A program made the position numbers and the translations under genes. A DNA stretch of 40,647 bases from a virus (lineage: Duplodnaviria > Caudoviricetes), in IMG/VR virus record IMGVR_UViG_3300040985_000544, positions 1 through 40,647 of that record; one strand, written 5' to 3'. Each line of letters starts with the position of its first letter. The first letter of the stretch is position 1. The notes beneath the pieces are model-generated. The model saw nothing but the letters and a program-made list of their open reading frames with translations, was not told the DNA's origin and searched no databases. Positions 21,201 through 27,606 of the stretch are shown here, one piece after another.

Positions 21201-22810
21201 TTACAAAGGGTCGAGCAGGTGGCGGTCAAGCTGTTGTTCTTAGTGGGTTTGTTTCAGACTTCCTAAGTTCTACAGAAGCGTTAAGTAAACTTGCACACAT
21301 GGCGGTGCCACTGCGGGATGCAATTGCAGTCATTGGTCAAAGAGAAGTTAGAGATGCAATCAACACGTACATGGGTTCAGAGTTTGCTTTGGACCTAGAG
21401 AACCGTTTGATGCATGGTGCTGGAATGTTGCAGCGACAAGAGACTGGCTTCCTCGGAAAAGTATCTGGTATGCTTGCACGGGCGTACCTAACATTGAACG
21501 TAAGAACTTGGGCGCGAGTGCTCTTTGGTGGTGCGGCTAACCTAACTATACAAATGAATCCAAGTGATTTGATTGTAGGGATTGTTTCACTTACGAACAT
21601 AAAGCAAAACCTCCAAGAGGCTTGGACAAACGGATACCTATACAGTCGCTCTCGTTCGGGCGCGATGCGTAGGCAAACACAAGAGGGTGAGCAAAGCATA
21701 GGTAGAATTGCTGATCAAGATTTCTTAATGGCTTCCGTAGTCAAGATGGCAAAGTCATTGGCACGATCAGCGCAGCACTTCGCGTCAGGCAATATACAAA
21801 ACTCATTCGGTCCACTAAAAGATGTGGCAAAGGAAATACACAGGTTGCCCGATAGTATTCACGTAATGCAAGCAATGGATAACATAATTGCTGCGATTGC
21901 TTACGGCGCATACAAGTCGAAGTATCAAGCAGAGGGATTATCAGGAGACGCTTTGGTAGAAGCAGCAGCGAAAGCAGCCGAACGTATCATGCGGGAAACA
22001 CAGAACACTTCTTCCGCACTAGATGCAACAGTTTTGGACTCAAACGATGCCAAGGCAGGGAGTAACACTAGGGCAGTGTTCCCGTTTGTGAGTGATCCTG
22101 TAACGAAAGCTAACGCGTTGTATCGAGCTATCAAGTTTGGCGGCGCAAAAGAAAAGGCTGTCGCTACAGTAGGTTTTGCTACGACCATTGCAACTAACAT
22201 GGGTGTTACCTATGGCTACGCGATGCTGTTAAAACTCCTTGCTGATTTGTTTGCAGACGATGAGCCTTCGTACTACGATGAACAAATGCGCTCACTTATG
22301 GCAAGGGCACACGAGAAGCAGGCTAAAGAGCAGGCTGTGTCTGGCGCAATTGACGACGTTCTTGGTAACTTTGGTTATCTTGGTATAGTTGCTTCGTGGG
22401 GCATGTCTGCTATGGAAGGCTACGACGCTGGTGTACCTATGTTGTGGGCATCCGCAGCGGAAGACATTGATAGGCAATGGAAGAACATTGCGAGAGAGAT
22501 GTCTAAAGATGAGCCAGACGAAGAGAAACTTGACGGTTATATAGACAGTGTAATAAATGCTTTGCGTATGGCGGCTGGTGATCCAACGGTAAGCCCATCG
22601 AAACACATTGAAAAGATTGGAGCTCTATCCGATCCAACTGTGGAGGATGTTGAAAAAGCAGTAAGAACACTCAAGCGAGAGTCGCCACTTGCGAAGCTTC
22701 TGGGAATGACTCCAGAAGAATTGAGTAAGGCAGAGAAACGAGCAGTTGCTAGGTTCAAGAAAACAGAAGAACGCAAAGAGAAAAGGTTGGCTACACAGCC
22801 ACAACCATAA
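9227..22810 (+). CDS. Giant (4527 aa) polyvalent internal virion protein: zincin peptidase, SAM methyltransferase, HhH-like, GNAT, ART-like and other modules
   Basis: Uninterrupted 13.6 kb ORF with HESGHH..EQEGVA, DIGGGRHD..NTLNTI, GPKLGAFYLN..TQDVWFTR..QAMLW, YKRLGF, EIQSDW and MPSIA..FGD..YFETKPQR motifs, plus a helical C-terminus typical of large ejection proteins. Start may be TTG 9227 or ATG 9236. Confidence 0.85.
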   Translation: MIPMSPSPFDSDISISDITSSNTSDIGTSSPFESDITIGDYYDLEAEAEQDSVNKLAAEIARDAIASGKDTDYDYTSALEYQNRTGQSLYDPKTGHWSSRVPDTGLLLKSPTHETAGLMYEGEAAAGYAIERRGNREYSVEASRINGGRTLTDKDRAEMLEGTRARLAGGESMTDLSREQWGKKIIMATHDKDQQAAYNGGRQITKAIAPHVFERMFGAQEDTNALGAVASGTAKIITGLAATTLDSYFGKWLLTGEGDSTLWGIPIPNLAGKVASKYFDYDIEDVNEWAEWAKGANIGLHETIRAEGGIEETIEMMTMSLPATGAGIVGGVAGTFLGGPVGTIAGASAGISAGLGVGYVQGVSGAQTRLDMYEQEVNTIRRLNGLKGDFKISRTDRERVMFEHGLHEALWEGVGTALGLSLGAKGFKAATATTRSYGAVGATSIASKLSPSGAKAYGTAMRNAYLRLSTKEGLRGSVVRGAPYFAADVVMEGLTEGATEIGQTASFASIDPTVWDDLDVTGAIKDGMLLGVLMSGGFAGAGAAISKAGTEQRRLQLEALHGIVGSKKNDPIGHWKGHNDEYLEQLTELTPEEVAEQATAWEDVIEGKEAEAASVYEKIQQAIADGDTATEQRLVKELLGIATQIDYLQGNLAMVEDVQLGQGKKISIKQKTPEQVVRDMNTREKTKAEADKKQGKDTKESAPIKISKAENKHEKKTEEALAENNVTVVWIEGGTAPAFYKPESPVDADGNVIVYIQKSEQTDHSLMTSLGLHESGHHIAYYHPKIYKQITDALGDGEILLAASAYMANGKGKNDVVGMALLVHLQKGGTMDNFPFAAGDVEAATNYIEQEGVAVAIQGGGQGTIGKLLTRFGYGTRKGKARALLLEALQAGHAEVSQGRAEISEFGAEQRRVSGQGARNTKKFVDAAIAKDQKQKQQQAIDDDWHSRPLEARKLTKKISRKVSTAPPPKFTGKDLWDMPQQKITSADTSLAQVPALHKNKNVVFKKGGINADIGGGRHDLATDFLKEKGVTSYVIDPFNRSAAQNKKAIASVKDGRADTATVANTLNTIKEKNARRQVIAQAANVIKEDGAAYFSVYVGDSSGKGKQTSKGWQNNRKTDSYVSEIQEFFGDVERKGSLIVASSPMEARKIDVKAAAQASLQGKMVTDSPVEYLKQVAVNSKTKFLAGISLKDFAIEKGEVGHVEAYKMHSLDVGYVLRKTEEGYEITGVYNREDNVVEIMQSIMMHAESLTGVKPTLSGGVNPQEAHRFELHTEEDTVYSLEEVKSNIVKESEGGSARSLGKMLSAVNLLPKQEYYDSVNKVEELEDNIPEIAESKVKLKDKEIMYKGSLARYGKDDSRTKKHLAAKTKEENRLAKLREDLWTDEIDAAYDTAISVRGDIMESALGVKLILPDKGKAFIYGVSDTSQLDNMSFLPRLNTYAQSLIGVIEENNTPEFVEKVMANAIAEELIWASEHDADFGQNWYKDQIDGMWHWIGKVEPTLLDRNSEQGIHFSLLVAMLSNGEKVHNNIRISLDQYKEYNKTGKYNKKGKQHREAGYFKLEALLDYFGTWKAVDAWLQKKSTVGEVNAEIAEMAKTDARFAKMEVKGEAVDATGWNAFVLGPKLGAFYLNNRGNYEPLTQDVWFTRTMYRLMGLMVEEVATDRNNITKLSELVSFVEEGKPLSSKTGSVYGKSLRPNIEGALAGITPSDWGTDVVAGFHPDMLDDPKALEAWVKSTEAKMKKAGFPHSEVSATKGFLAKVEAGEAQFIPHSQKVFNLVANSFKKSGSKGQETARNTSSRKRARRVVREGLEIFKRKTGKTDVNNASAQAMLWYNEKELFSIYTGSETPFGQDYQTGAKQLYNERIMFREDTAMEARELFSSDVMHPKVAALFKGLNVLPKEKWEVGPVELLKGTDLPIVELVYKGNTTIELAAGDSSDSIDPEQSWIMLRGIDSKVKNTGTARESLTELMPLLDKHGVGIEVMNSPVKPLVKPMARMYKRLGFSGDAEFGSTLARNANGSMEARRDLTQNLGPASFYPRVVKVLETIRQPKMKASDLKRFLQGKGVGKEELWATGLDEFLESKGDESVTIEEVQAAVQLVELEETTSNQYSSFIPVMWAHDQGTLLNGYDAYHAENEGEPDYLGEDYNPEEEADWVPEYEGDGASEDGSVWFDPIAGAVENYGEILINWIPAVENTQTVTVWKRNEPTTVEEKIVQAGLEVAYVLQEGHGEQARTSIAQSINWTRISQVMDSAFETMQGGEDVLLDDFGDGSVSSMQMGGKVLPKLAAAQRNTAEMVETLELLSGLTADIGNILDIQAWRSHMLSIDKDNVLGGEQPHVDDLFGSQFNRVSYKEAEGRKSESRDFSQKAVQRSYKKLKHFVMKAEASIRRQAARNKLANRVREDSAFAEALANYYGESSTWRADMLRRAARKLRTEQMEAQGLEPTWTNEGNVALDPSSQEIGTLGSELFQSLGSWETREDSAHFQPPHFADAKNNLAWARTIQWTSVKGKPHDLFVIEIQSDWANAAVDAGFGTVGTLPPFVATPAGKISDSYIGLIVKRLLAEAADKGAGGLVITTAEFARTTEGIDYDGPMYIKASSMLKKIGKKLDPDATFTEEISKEQGEHNYVDEVRGELVKSVLPQGARLEITDKIRDAVAKGMPMFGNTTMEARRDIGIRVNETSSKLRITKNAAHEGLADIIDDLPIQDFFDAGKHKWFKGFWDEEVSPLVDDYVHSIENAYNEWYVDKQQNKKPSKGELAGIEDAIDALNTEQYLENGVPDNVWREAAELFEEGPNTDATPVMTLLKLARKIRAMYVELAQGTDVAQMGELAAQAMTTMQIIEKLMFNKLAKQDFLPEADVQYFEEVTERVEGQKDKRATLGTQAHVNRNHPMDAYDKLEDKGSVEITGPDGTGRVVTRTKPTTMEIDGELVGDLGLELNDVAGYYVEWQGRTIKFEKTDDGMTDAVQHLVRLTGYTRPLQAPANQPAVNIEKDDIDVNPYAPMVAFEKSAGKDAQAQLWEDTLGYSYENRPKSMKVDLIKEYDPYMNLYGQYGFLVRHRKGGKNFGTIIHLTPTGAFRNAETIEAATAVELRTLAEETVIAQLYPLSQEKATGKTTIEVLFADTALEARRLDGSKRMVSVTGVQPEKLLDLLDIGRVVMPSIATVDTSRRLPFFEKWNFGDVFLVWDPDAVRPESGEPTYTGDAYSVRTPNLAKVRGELTFEDDGETVKALAHNIFEYKHRKQAERSGILGSEVNQEKMTGASAGLVRSTVLDKVKTTEQMREELSKRQPKEQGTGELDDTFARHRTLWRELVYESSNAGSWEDKGDVQVQLYAYVQGFFVRNAKPDNTTLNEYLQRPEVVARFVDATIDVTGTKETSLSLLDLLRDMSTSPAAYFETKPQRMMPFGKGGVVGILVPSRYSSSTAYARIRKVLPQLKTMGVSVREYSTESVNEGTERLTAEQHLDSVQDGFVAQLDSLEDTVMYGRKLPADRTSILNSPAMGMIMRDEFERRGFTAAEQTPFQAGFRAGGRATRKLQSVRDKEERKYAVESARQRAKAREARKLSQQRELLQRRIDRVKLKAADAESLRESAITIVKMLSKKDRGDLAIRLARVKTSADLTKLAIRAIELAAMSEYKSSVSRLRKLKSRLKKRKAGMTNEVKAEVAGKIASAEAMAYQSGTSKMFTSLDPADAVNRVNEIEKYLDEAVEIVSQSTIEHRASKEDRKGRLGNLAAGLIDALNLRKERPMHMHGKERNRKSSRWFRRSRTTLSMVELITQHAPAEVQQELAELLHYNLTDAESAHLTEVRGIVMELDKLAKEAGFKSFDSMMDIIGTTDIEAVTKTVTVSLGGESVVLTLDNLMKLAAMDSETIDMIVDEVDATGAVVKKGVGIQLGDGDLTSPVLGITRSEIASAINQLPMELRNFVRAAKSVREALRGPAFEAYFQIHGTEPVAVVGYEPRRRESTPQQAEQRLDIKSMTSGFIDDAGFTKGRAGGGQAVVLSGFVSDFLSSTEALSKLAHMAVPLRDAIAVIGQREVRDAINTYMGSEFALDLENRLMHGAGMLQRQETGFLGKVSGMLARAYLTLNVRTWARVLFGGAANLTIQMNPSDLIVGIVSLTNIKQNLQEAWTNGYLYSRSRSGAMRRQTQEGEQSIGRIADQDFLMASVVKMAKSLARSAQHFASGNIQNSFGPLKDVAKEIHRLPDSIHVMQAMDNIIAAIAYGAYKSKYQAEGLSGDALVEAAAKAAERIMRETQNTSSALDATVLDSNDAKAGSNTRAVFPFVSDPVTKANALYRAIKFGGAKEKAVATVGFATTIATNMGVTYGYAMLLKLLADLFADDEPSYYDEQMRSLMARAHEKQAKEQAVSGAIDDVLGNFGYLGIVASWGMSAMEGYDAGVPMLWASAAEDIDRQWKNIAREMSKDEPDEEKLDGYIDSVINALRMAAGDPTVSPSKHIEKIGALSDPTVEDVEKAVRTLKRESPLAKLLGMTPEELSKAEKRAVARFKKTEERKEKRLATQPQP

Positions 22811-22821
22811 GGAGTAGGTTC

Positions 22822-23598
22822 ATGGGAAAGAAAGCAAGAGTTGCATCTATAAGTTGCAGCCACGTTCCGCACCAGTCCGAATCAGCAATAGACACGTTAC
22901 TTAATTTACTGTCTACGCTGAATGACGAGAAACCGTTTACTGACTTCGTCCATCATGGCGATTTGTTTGAAGCACAAGCTGGCTCCGTGCATTTAGAGGA
23001 TGCGCCAGAACACTCGTTACTGGATGAGTTTCATGCCGCCGCTGATTTGCTAGAAAGTATACGCGGTGTCTTAGGTCCACGATGTAAGTTTCACTGGCTG
23101 CTTGGCAATCATGACGCGAACATACAACAAAAGAATCCAAAGAGAATACCGAGAGAGCTTCGCCAGCTGTGTGACTGGAACAATGTTCCTGTTGTTAAGA
23201 AAGAGTTTCGTAAGTGGAATCAGATTCCCTACATTCACGGTAAAGATTCTTGTCTTGAGATTGGACCGCTGATATACCTGCATGGTTTCAAGTGCGGCAA
23301 CAACAGCGATGAGTTAGAAGGTCTTGAGATGGCGTACATGTGTGGAGGTTTCGCGCATCGTTTGATAACTCGTGGACATACGCACCAGCCGCTAGACATT
23401 AAGCAGTGCTCTCGTGGCAAGATTAAGTTGCCGTGGCACGTAGCAAACGTAGGCATGACAGCGTTTGATATTAAGCCGACGTACATGGAGCGCAAGTCAA
23501 CAGAGAATTGGGGTAGAGCATGTTTAGTAGCCGAGGCAGATTTAGTAAACTGGAAAGAAGGAAGATCATGGGAAGCGGAATTAGTAAGATTAGATTAG
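22822..23598 (+). CDS. Calcineurin-like metallophosphoesterase
   Basis: Motifs SCSHVP, GDLFE, GNHD, LHG and GHTH; AAGGAG RBS. Confidence 0.85.
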   Translation: MGKKARVASISCSHVPHQSESAIDTLLNLLSTLNDEKPFTDFVHHGDLFEAQAGSVHLEDAPEHSLLDEFHAAADLLESIRGVLGPRCKFHWLLGNHDANIQQKNPKRIPRELRQLCDWNNVPVVKKEFRKWNQIPYIHGKDSCLEIGPLIYLHGFKCGNNSDELEGLEMAYMCGGFAHRLITRGHTHQPLDIKQCSRGKIKLPWHVANVGMTAFDIKPTYMERKSTENWGRACLVAEADLVNWKEGRSWEAELVRLD

Positions 23599-23876
23599 AA
23601 GACTCGCTTGGTGAAATCGTTGTAGTAAGATGGATAGACAGCTGCGAACCTATGGACAACTCCGAGATTGAGCTGCATGATTTGCCGCGACCACAGGACA
23701 TAGAACAGTACGGGGTTCTGCTGCGCTATGAACCAGACCACATTGTTGTTGCGGGAGCAGTCAAAGGTGAGGCGGGTACACAGGGAAGGGATACGTACGA
23801 TTATGTGATAGCTATCCCCACCGTGTCTATACTGCACTGGCAACCTTTGACCAAGGGAGAACCCGATGCACTGTAA
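23568..23876 (+). CDS. Conserved phage hypothetical protein (VxVxWxD...GxL...IP pattern)
   Basis: Likely start ATG 23568 after AAGGAAG; IVVVRWIDS..YGVLL..IAIP pattern is common in small phage proteins. Confidence 0.6.
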   Translation: MGSGISKIRLEDSLGEIVVVRWIDSCEPMDNSEIELHDLPRPQDIEQYGVLLRYEPDHIVVAGAVKGEAGTQGRDTYDYVIAIPTVSILHWQPLTKGEPDAL

Positions 23877-24213
23877 TTGCGATTGTCATAAGGTAAAAGA
23901 TAAGACTGACCTCAAGAAGTGTCAGGAATCAAACAAGAAGAAAAGCAGAGAGTTAAACGAACTCAGGAGAAAACTCTTAGTTGCCACCATTGCAATAGCA
24001 GTAGTTGGGACTCTTGTGGGGAAGGAAACTGTTGACAAGGTTCTGGAGTATTTTCAAACATTCGACAAGGTGAAACAAACCATAGAAAGAGTAGATGGGA
24101 ACGATATTAAATATAGTTTTCCACCACACGCAGTGTATGGAAGTTCGCCTAGTCCTAGCACTCTGGGTGTGTTTGCTATAGCTGCGTTACTTCCCGTCGC
24201 TAGGCGTACGTGA
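23866..24213 (+). CDS. Membrane protein with PEP-CTERM-like C-terminus
   Basis: AAGGGAG RBS; Cys-rich start, internal TM LLVATIAIAVVGTLVG, C-terminus PSPSTLGVFAIAALLPVARRT. Confidence 0.6.
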   Translation: MHCNCDCHKVKDKTDLKKCQESNKKKSRELNELRRKLLVATIAIAVVGTLVGKETVDKVLEYFQTFDKVKQTIERVDGNDIKYSFPPHAVYGSSPSPSTLGVFAIAALLPVARRT

Positions 24214-24579
24214 TATTAGTAACTCTAGCCGAGGGTTGTCTTTGTCAATCAACCTGTTCACTGGCTTGAGCGTTATCATGTCATCGTCAATAAGCAGTCC
24301 GCCAAGAACTAATCCGTCGATGGGGTACTTGAGCAGCGCAACTAAGTTGTCAGGATCGCGGCGACGTTTGCAGTTGTGGTAAAACGTAGCCTCTAGTTCT
24401 ACTACATGCCACGGCATGCTGTCTGGCTTTCCGTCAAGCAGTATGGCTATTTGTACACCAGCTGCTGTTGCTTTTTTAACAGCCTTACTTGCCTTGTGTT
24501 TTACTCGCCAATGACTGCGACTGTTTGCAGATAGCGCTGCGCTTGGTATCTTTGTTATTACCTTTACAGTATCAGCCAT
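24187..24579 (-). CDS. rusA: RusA-like Holliday junction resolvase
   Basis: RRRDPDNL..K..IDGL..G.L.DDD and DKDNPRLEL signature; likely start ATG 24579. Confidence 0.85.
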   Translation of the reverse strand: MADTVKVITKIPSAALSANSRSHWRVKHKASKAVKKATAAGVQIAILLDGKPDSMPWHVVELEATFYHNCKRRRDPDNLVALLKYPIDGLVLGGLLIDDDMITLKPVNRLIDKDNPRLELLISRTPSDGK

Positions 24580-24829
24580 TGTTACGTTCCTTTTCCATAA
24601 CACCCGCAGCTCGCAGCCGCCTTTCACAGTCGATCCTAGTTTTCCTGTCCGTGCTTTCTAGTCGGACCTTGTTTATAAACGCGAGAAGAGAGTTCACCAA
24701 GATCAAGTGCTTATTCGGCGTGGATGTCAACGGCATAAAAACATCGTTACTATTGTTAGAATCCGAAAGATGATCTAGGTTTGCTCGGTTCTGCATGTTG
24801 ATCTTTCGTTTGTTATCTTCGATAGTCAT
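24572..24829 (-). CDS. Hypothetical protein
   Basis: Overlaps both neighbours in the tightly packed minus-strand operon. Confidence 0.55.
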   Translation of the reverse strand: MTIEDNKRKINMQNRANLDHLSDSNNSNDVFMPLTSTPNKHLILVNSLLAFINKVRLESTDRKTRIDCERRLRAAGVMEKERNNG

Positions 24830-25305
24830 TCTCTTGTGTCCTTGTATAACTCACACCACACCGCTGCACGCAAGTACAGGCTCCACTCTTCTACGTTTCC
24901 ATCCTTTGGTTTGGTAAGAACCTTGCTAAACTTTTTGAGCACGGTCATGGTTGCAGTTCGTAGTTCGTCTATGTTTGTATCTTTTAACTGCTGTAAGTGT
25001 ATCTTACGCTCATTGAGTATAGCCTGCTCGTCTTCGATGGTAAACTCCCAAGGCTTATTAGTGTTGTCCTGTACCTCTTTTGCACGGTCTTTGTTGATTC
25101 GCCTATACGCTTGCTCTAGCCAAGGTAGACGTGGGATGATCGAGGACTTCTCACTTACTACTGTAGCCACTGCTGCCTCTAGCATGTAGGGGTCTTTGTA
25201 TTGCAGCTCACGTCGCCAATCCTCTGTTTGTTCTTTAGTTGGTTTGAAGTCTGGGTATCGCCCAAGAAATCGTTCCCAGAACTTTCGGTACTCTTCGTTG
25301 TTCAT
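24826..25305 (-). CDS. Putative helicase loader/inhibitor (SPP1 G39P-like)
   Basis: Directly downstream of the initiator; YP.F.......W...L........AV........P pattern; GGAGG RBS and ATGA overlap. Confidence 0.55.
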   Translation of the reverse strand: MNNEEYRKFWERFLGRYPDFKPTKEQTEDWRRELQYKDPYMLEAAVATVVSEKSSIIPRLPWLEQAYRRINKDRAKEVQDNTNKPWEFTIEDEQAILNERKIHLQQLKDTNIDELRTATMTVLKKFSKVLTKPKDGNVEEWSLYLRAAVWCELYKDTRE

Positions 25306-26015
25306 TGTTCGCCTCCCATGATTTCATCTAACATGCTCATTGATTCAGTAGCGTCTTCGGTCTGCTGCGTTCCCCACGAAGCTGGATCATCTTCCCATAC
25401 TTCTTCCTCAAGCAAGCGATGTGGACCGCGTGCGTATTTGCCTACGCCTATTGGAGATGCATAGTAATCACTGAAGGCTTTCGTAACAGCGTCACTATCT
25501 AGCAACTGCCGTACGACGACCTCTTCCCAAGCTCGCAGGAATCGTTTCCATCCCTGCTTCTTGATTGTTGGAGCCATGTCAAACGCGACACGCGCTTCAG
25601 TCGCGCCGCGAGTTGCAGATGTGCGCGGGTTAGGTGGAGAGGTTGCAGCTGAGGAGGATTCATCCGCCCCGACATCGGGTTCACCTCCCCACCGTTTCTC
25701 CGCGCCCTTAACACCAGCGTTGACTCGTTTCATGTAGACCTCTTGAGCCTTCACGCGCTCTTCCTCAAGCCTAACATTACGACGTAAACCATCGGGGCAT
25801 ATAGGGAACTTCTCTTCTAGTTGTATTAAGTGTTCTCCGACTCCGAGGGTAAGGGACTCCCATGCAGATGTATCCGCAGGGAGCGATCCCCTATCCCACT
25901 GAACCAAGAGCAGTCGTATGTAGTGCCCGACAGAAGCAGCGTCCCACCCAAGGGTACCCACTAAAAAGTCTGATACATACAACGGCATCCATGCCTTTGC
26001 TCGTTTGTTACTCAT
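25302..26015 (-). CDS. DUF1376/YdaU-family replication initiator
   Basis: WMPLYVSDFL..T.......G.YIRLL..QW..GSLP...RN.RLEEER..AG.KGAEKRW; start ATG 26015. Confidence 0.8.
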   Translation of the reverse strand: MSNKRAKAWMPLYVSDFLVGTLGWDAASVGHYIRLLLVQWDRGSLPADTSAWESLTLGVGEHLIQLEEKFPICPDGLRRNVRLEEERVKAQEVYMKRVNAGVKGAEKRWGGEPDVGADESSSAATSPPNPRTSATRGATEARVAFDMAPTIKKQGWKRFLRAWEEVVVRQLLDSDAVTKAFSDYYASPIGVGKYARGPHRLLEEEVWEDDPASWGTQQTEDATESMSMLDEIMGGEQ

Positions 26016-26101
26016 GACGCGCCACCTATCAGGCACACTGCTGTTCGTAACGCAGCACTTCCTATTATTACATGATACCTTGACCAATAAAGCATATACA
26101 T
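26012..26101 (-). CDS. 29-aa ORF translationally coupled to the initiator (not in ORF track)
   Basis: AAGGAGGAACAATATG; MYMLYWSRYHVIIGSAALRTAVCLIGGAS*; stop overlaps the initiator start (ATGA). Confidence 0.6.
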   Translation of the reverse strand: MYMLYWSRYHVIIGSAALRTAVCLIGGAS

Positions 26102-26122
26102 ATTGTTCCTCCTTATGCTTGC

Positions 26123-26341
26123 TTACTTGTTACTGTTTTGTGATGCGACCCACTCGGCTACCTTTGCCATGTCCCATCGCTTTGTTCGTTCGCCTGCCAT
26201 CGCTATGGGCTTAGGGAAATCCTTATCCTTGATCCATCGGTATATTGTTTGTCTGGACTTGACGCGTAGGTATCCCCTAACATCATCCATCGTCATGAAT
26301 ATATGATTCTGCTCTTCTGGTTTAGAATGGGATTTCATCAT
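26123..26341 (-). CDS. AlpA/excisionase-like HTH DNA-binding protein
   Basis: V..YL...SRQTIYRWIK..DFPKPI......RW....V.EW, the AlpA pattern. Confidence 0.85.
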   Translation of the reverse strand: MMKSHSKPEEQNHIFMTMDDVRGYLRVKSRQTIYRWIKDKDFPKPIAMAGERTKRWDMAKVAEWVASQNSNK

Positions 26342-26711
26342 CTGTCAATGCCTTTACTTCTGGCGCTGGCGATGGCTCTGGAGTTACTAGCTCTTCAAGA
26401 GCAACAGCGTTAGCTTCTTTGATCTTCAGATACGTGCGACCTTGGTAGACCTCTTCTTCACAGGTTACCTCGCAACGTGCGCCAAGAACCTTGACCGCCG
26501 TGGACACTTGAGTAAGGTATATCTTAACGGAGTTTGCGTCGTCGGATATACCAAAGCACTTACCCCATCGCGCCCACACTGATGCTGGTGCTTTATCTAG
26601 ACCTATCCACTCTCGTATCCAGTCTCCGTCGTCCGATTTGAATACCAGCTGTATCGCTGCATCCCCTGCCTTTGATCGTTTCATTTCAATTGTTACTAAT
26701 TCTACTTGCAT
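26322..26711 (-). CDS. Single-stranded DNA-binding protein (DUF669-like OB fold)
   Basis: SKAG..I.L.F, EEE.YQG..Y.KI and acidic tail DDEIPF; located downstream of erf. Confidence 0.7.
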   Translation of the reverse strand: MQVELVTIEMKRSKAGDAAIQLVFKSDDGDWIREWIGLDKAPASVWARWGKCFGISDDANSVKIYLTQVSTAVKVLGARCEVTCEEEVYQGRTYLKIKEANAVALEELVTPEPSPAPEVKALTDDEIPF

Positions 26712-26995
26712 TACTTGCCTTTCCGATGTTCGATGACATCGTTGATTGATGCTGCAATTTCAAACGCAGCTACTTGTTCTTCTGTTTTTACGCCTGCTGT
26801 GAGTATAGTTGTCACCGCTGCGTCGTTGATATAAACCAACGTCTCGTTATCAAACTTAACCAGTTCAAAACGCATCGCGGGGACACCACCTATGATTCGT
26901 AGTGTTTCCAGCCGAGTCACTAGGTGATCCCACGCGCGTTCTGCGTCGCTACTGAAATCGTCTTCCATGATAATGGTAATTTTAACCGATTTCAC
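26711..26995 (-). CDS. Hypothetical protein
   Basis: GTG start overlapping the erf 3' end; stop overlaps the next start. Confidence 0.55.
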   Translation of the reverse strand: MKSVKITIIMEDDFSSDAERAWDHLVTRLETLRIIGGVPAMRFELVKFDNETLVYINDAAVTTILTAGVKTEEQVAAFEIAASINDVIEHRKGK

Positions 26996-27606
26996 TTCTT
27001 CGCCTGTAATAATTTCGCAGCCTTTTCGCTACTGATTTTATCAATGCTGCTTACGCCTGCCCAAGCAAGTGTTCGCTTCTTTGCCTCAATAGGGTCGTCC
27101 GCTTCATTAAGCAAGTCACTAACAGCCGCTATCTGAGCAGATGTCGCAGCCTGAGCACTTAGCTTCGGTCGTGGGGCGGTATCGTTTTTAGCACAGACCT
27201 CTTCCTCTACACGAGGGATAAGCAGAAGGTCACGAAGGAAGTAGTTGAGTGCCGTTGTTTGTGAGCCAAGGGAAGCCTTGTCATACGGCGTACCCTTTCG
27301 CTCGCATACTGGAATCTCTACAACGTATTCGTGCGAGTCGCCAGTTGTTATCTCAGTGACGCGGAACCCTCGACCAACCATCAGTTGGCTGCCGACCATG
27401 CTATGCATTGTCTCAGTTGGTTCTACGACCAGTCCACAGTCATGCAGCACTGCGCGTGTCTCTGCGATCATGTGCTCCGCGCTTGTGTAATTGAACTTGT
27501 TAAAGTCGTTACGTGAATCCTTGCCTATTGACTTCACTTGCATTTGTGCTTGGTGAAGAGCGACGGCGTACGATCGCTTTGCCTTGGTTGTTGTTTTGGC
27601 GGTCAT
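26992..27606 (-). CDS. erf: ERF-family ssDNA annealing protein
   Basis: IGKDSRN.F.KFNY.S.E........L...GL and GS..T.A..Y.L..LL.IP motifs; adjacent to the exonuclease. Confidence 0.75.
   Translation of the reverse strand: MTAKTTTKAKRSYAVALHQAQMQVKSIGKDSRNDFNKFNYTSAEHMIAETRAVLHDCGLVVEPTETMHSMVGSQLMVGRGFRVTEITTGDSHEYVVEIPVCERKGTPYDKASLGSQTTALNYFLRDLLLIPRVEEEVCAKNDTAPRPKLSAQAATSAQIAAVSDLLNEADDPIEAKKRTLAWAGVSSIDKISSEKAAKLLQAKK

Noticed and set aside
9521-22872. Many 60-125 aa ORFs antisense or out of frame within the giant gene and other long genes
   Set aside because: They shadow long motif-bearing ORFs and show no recognisable domains.
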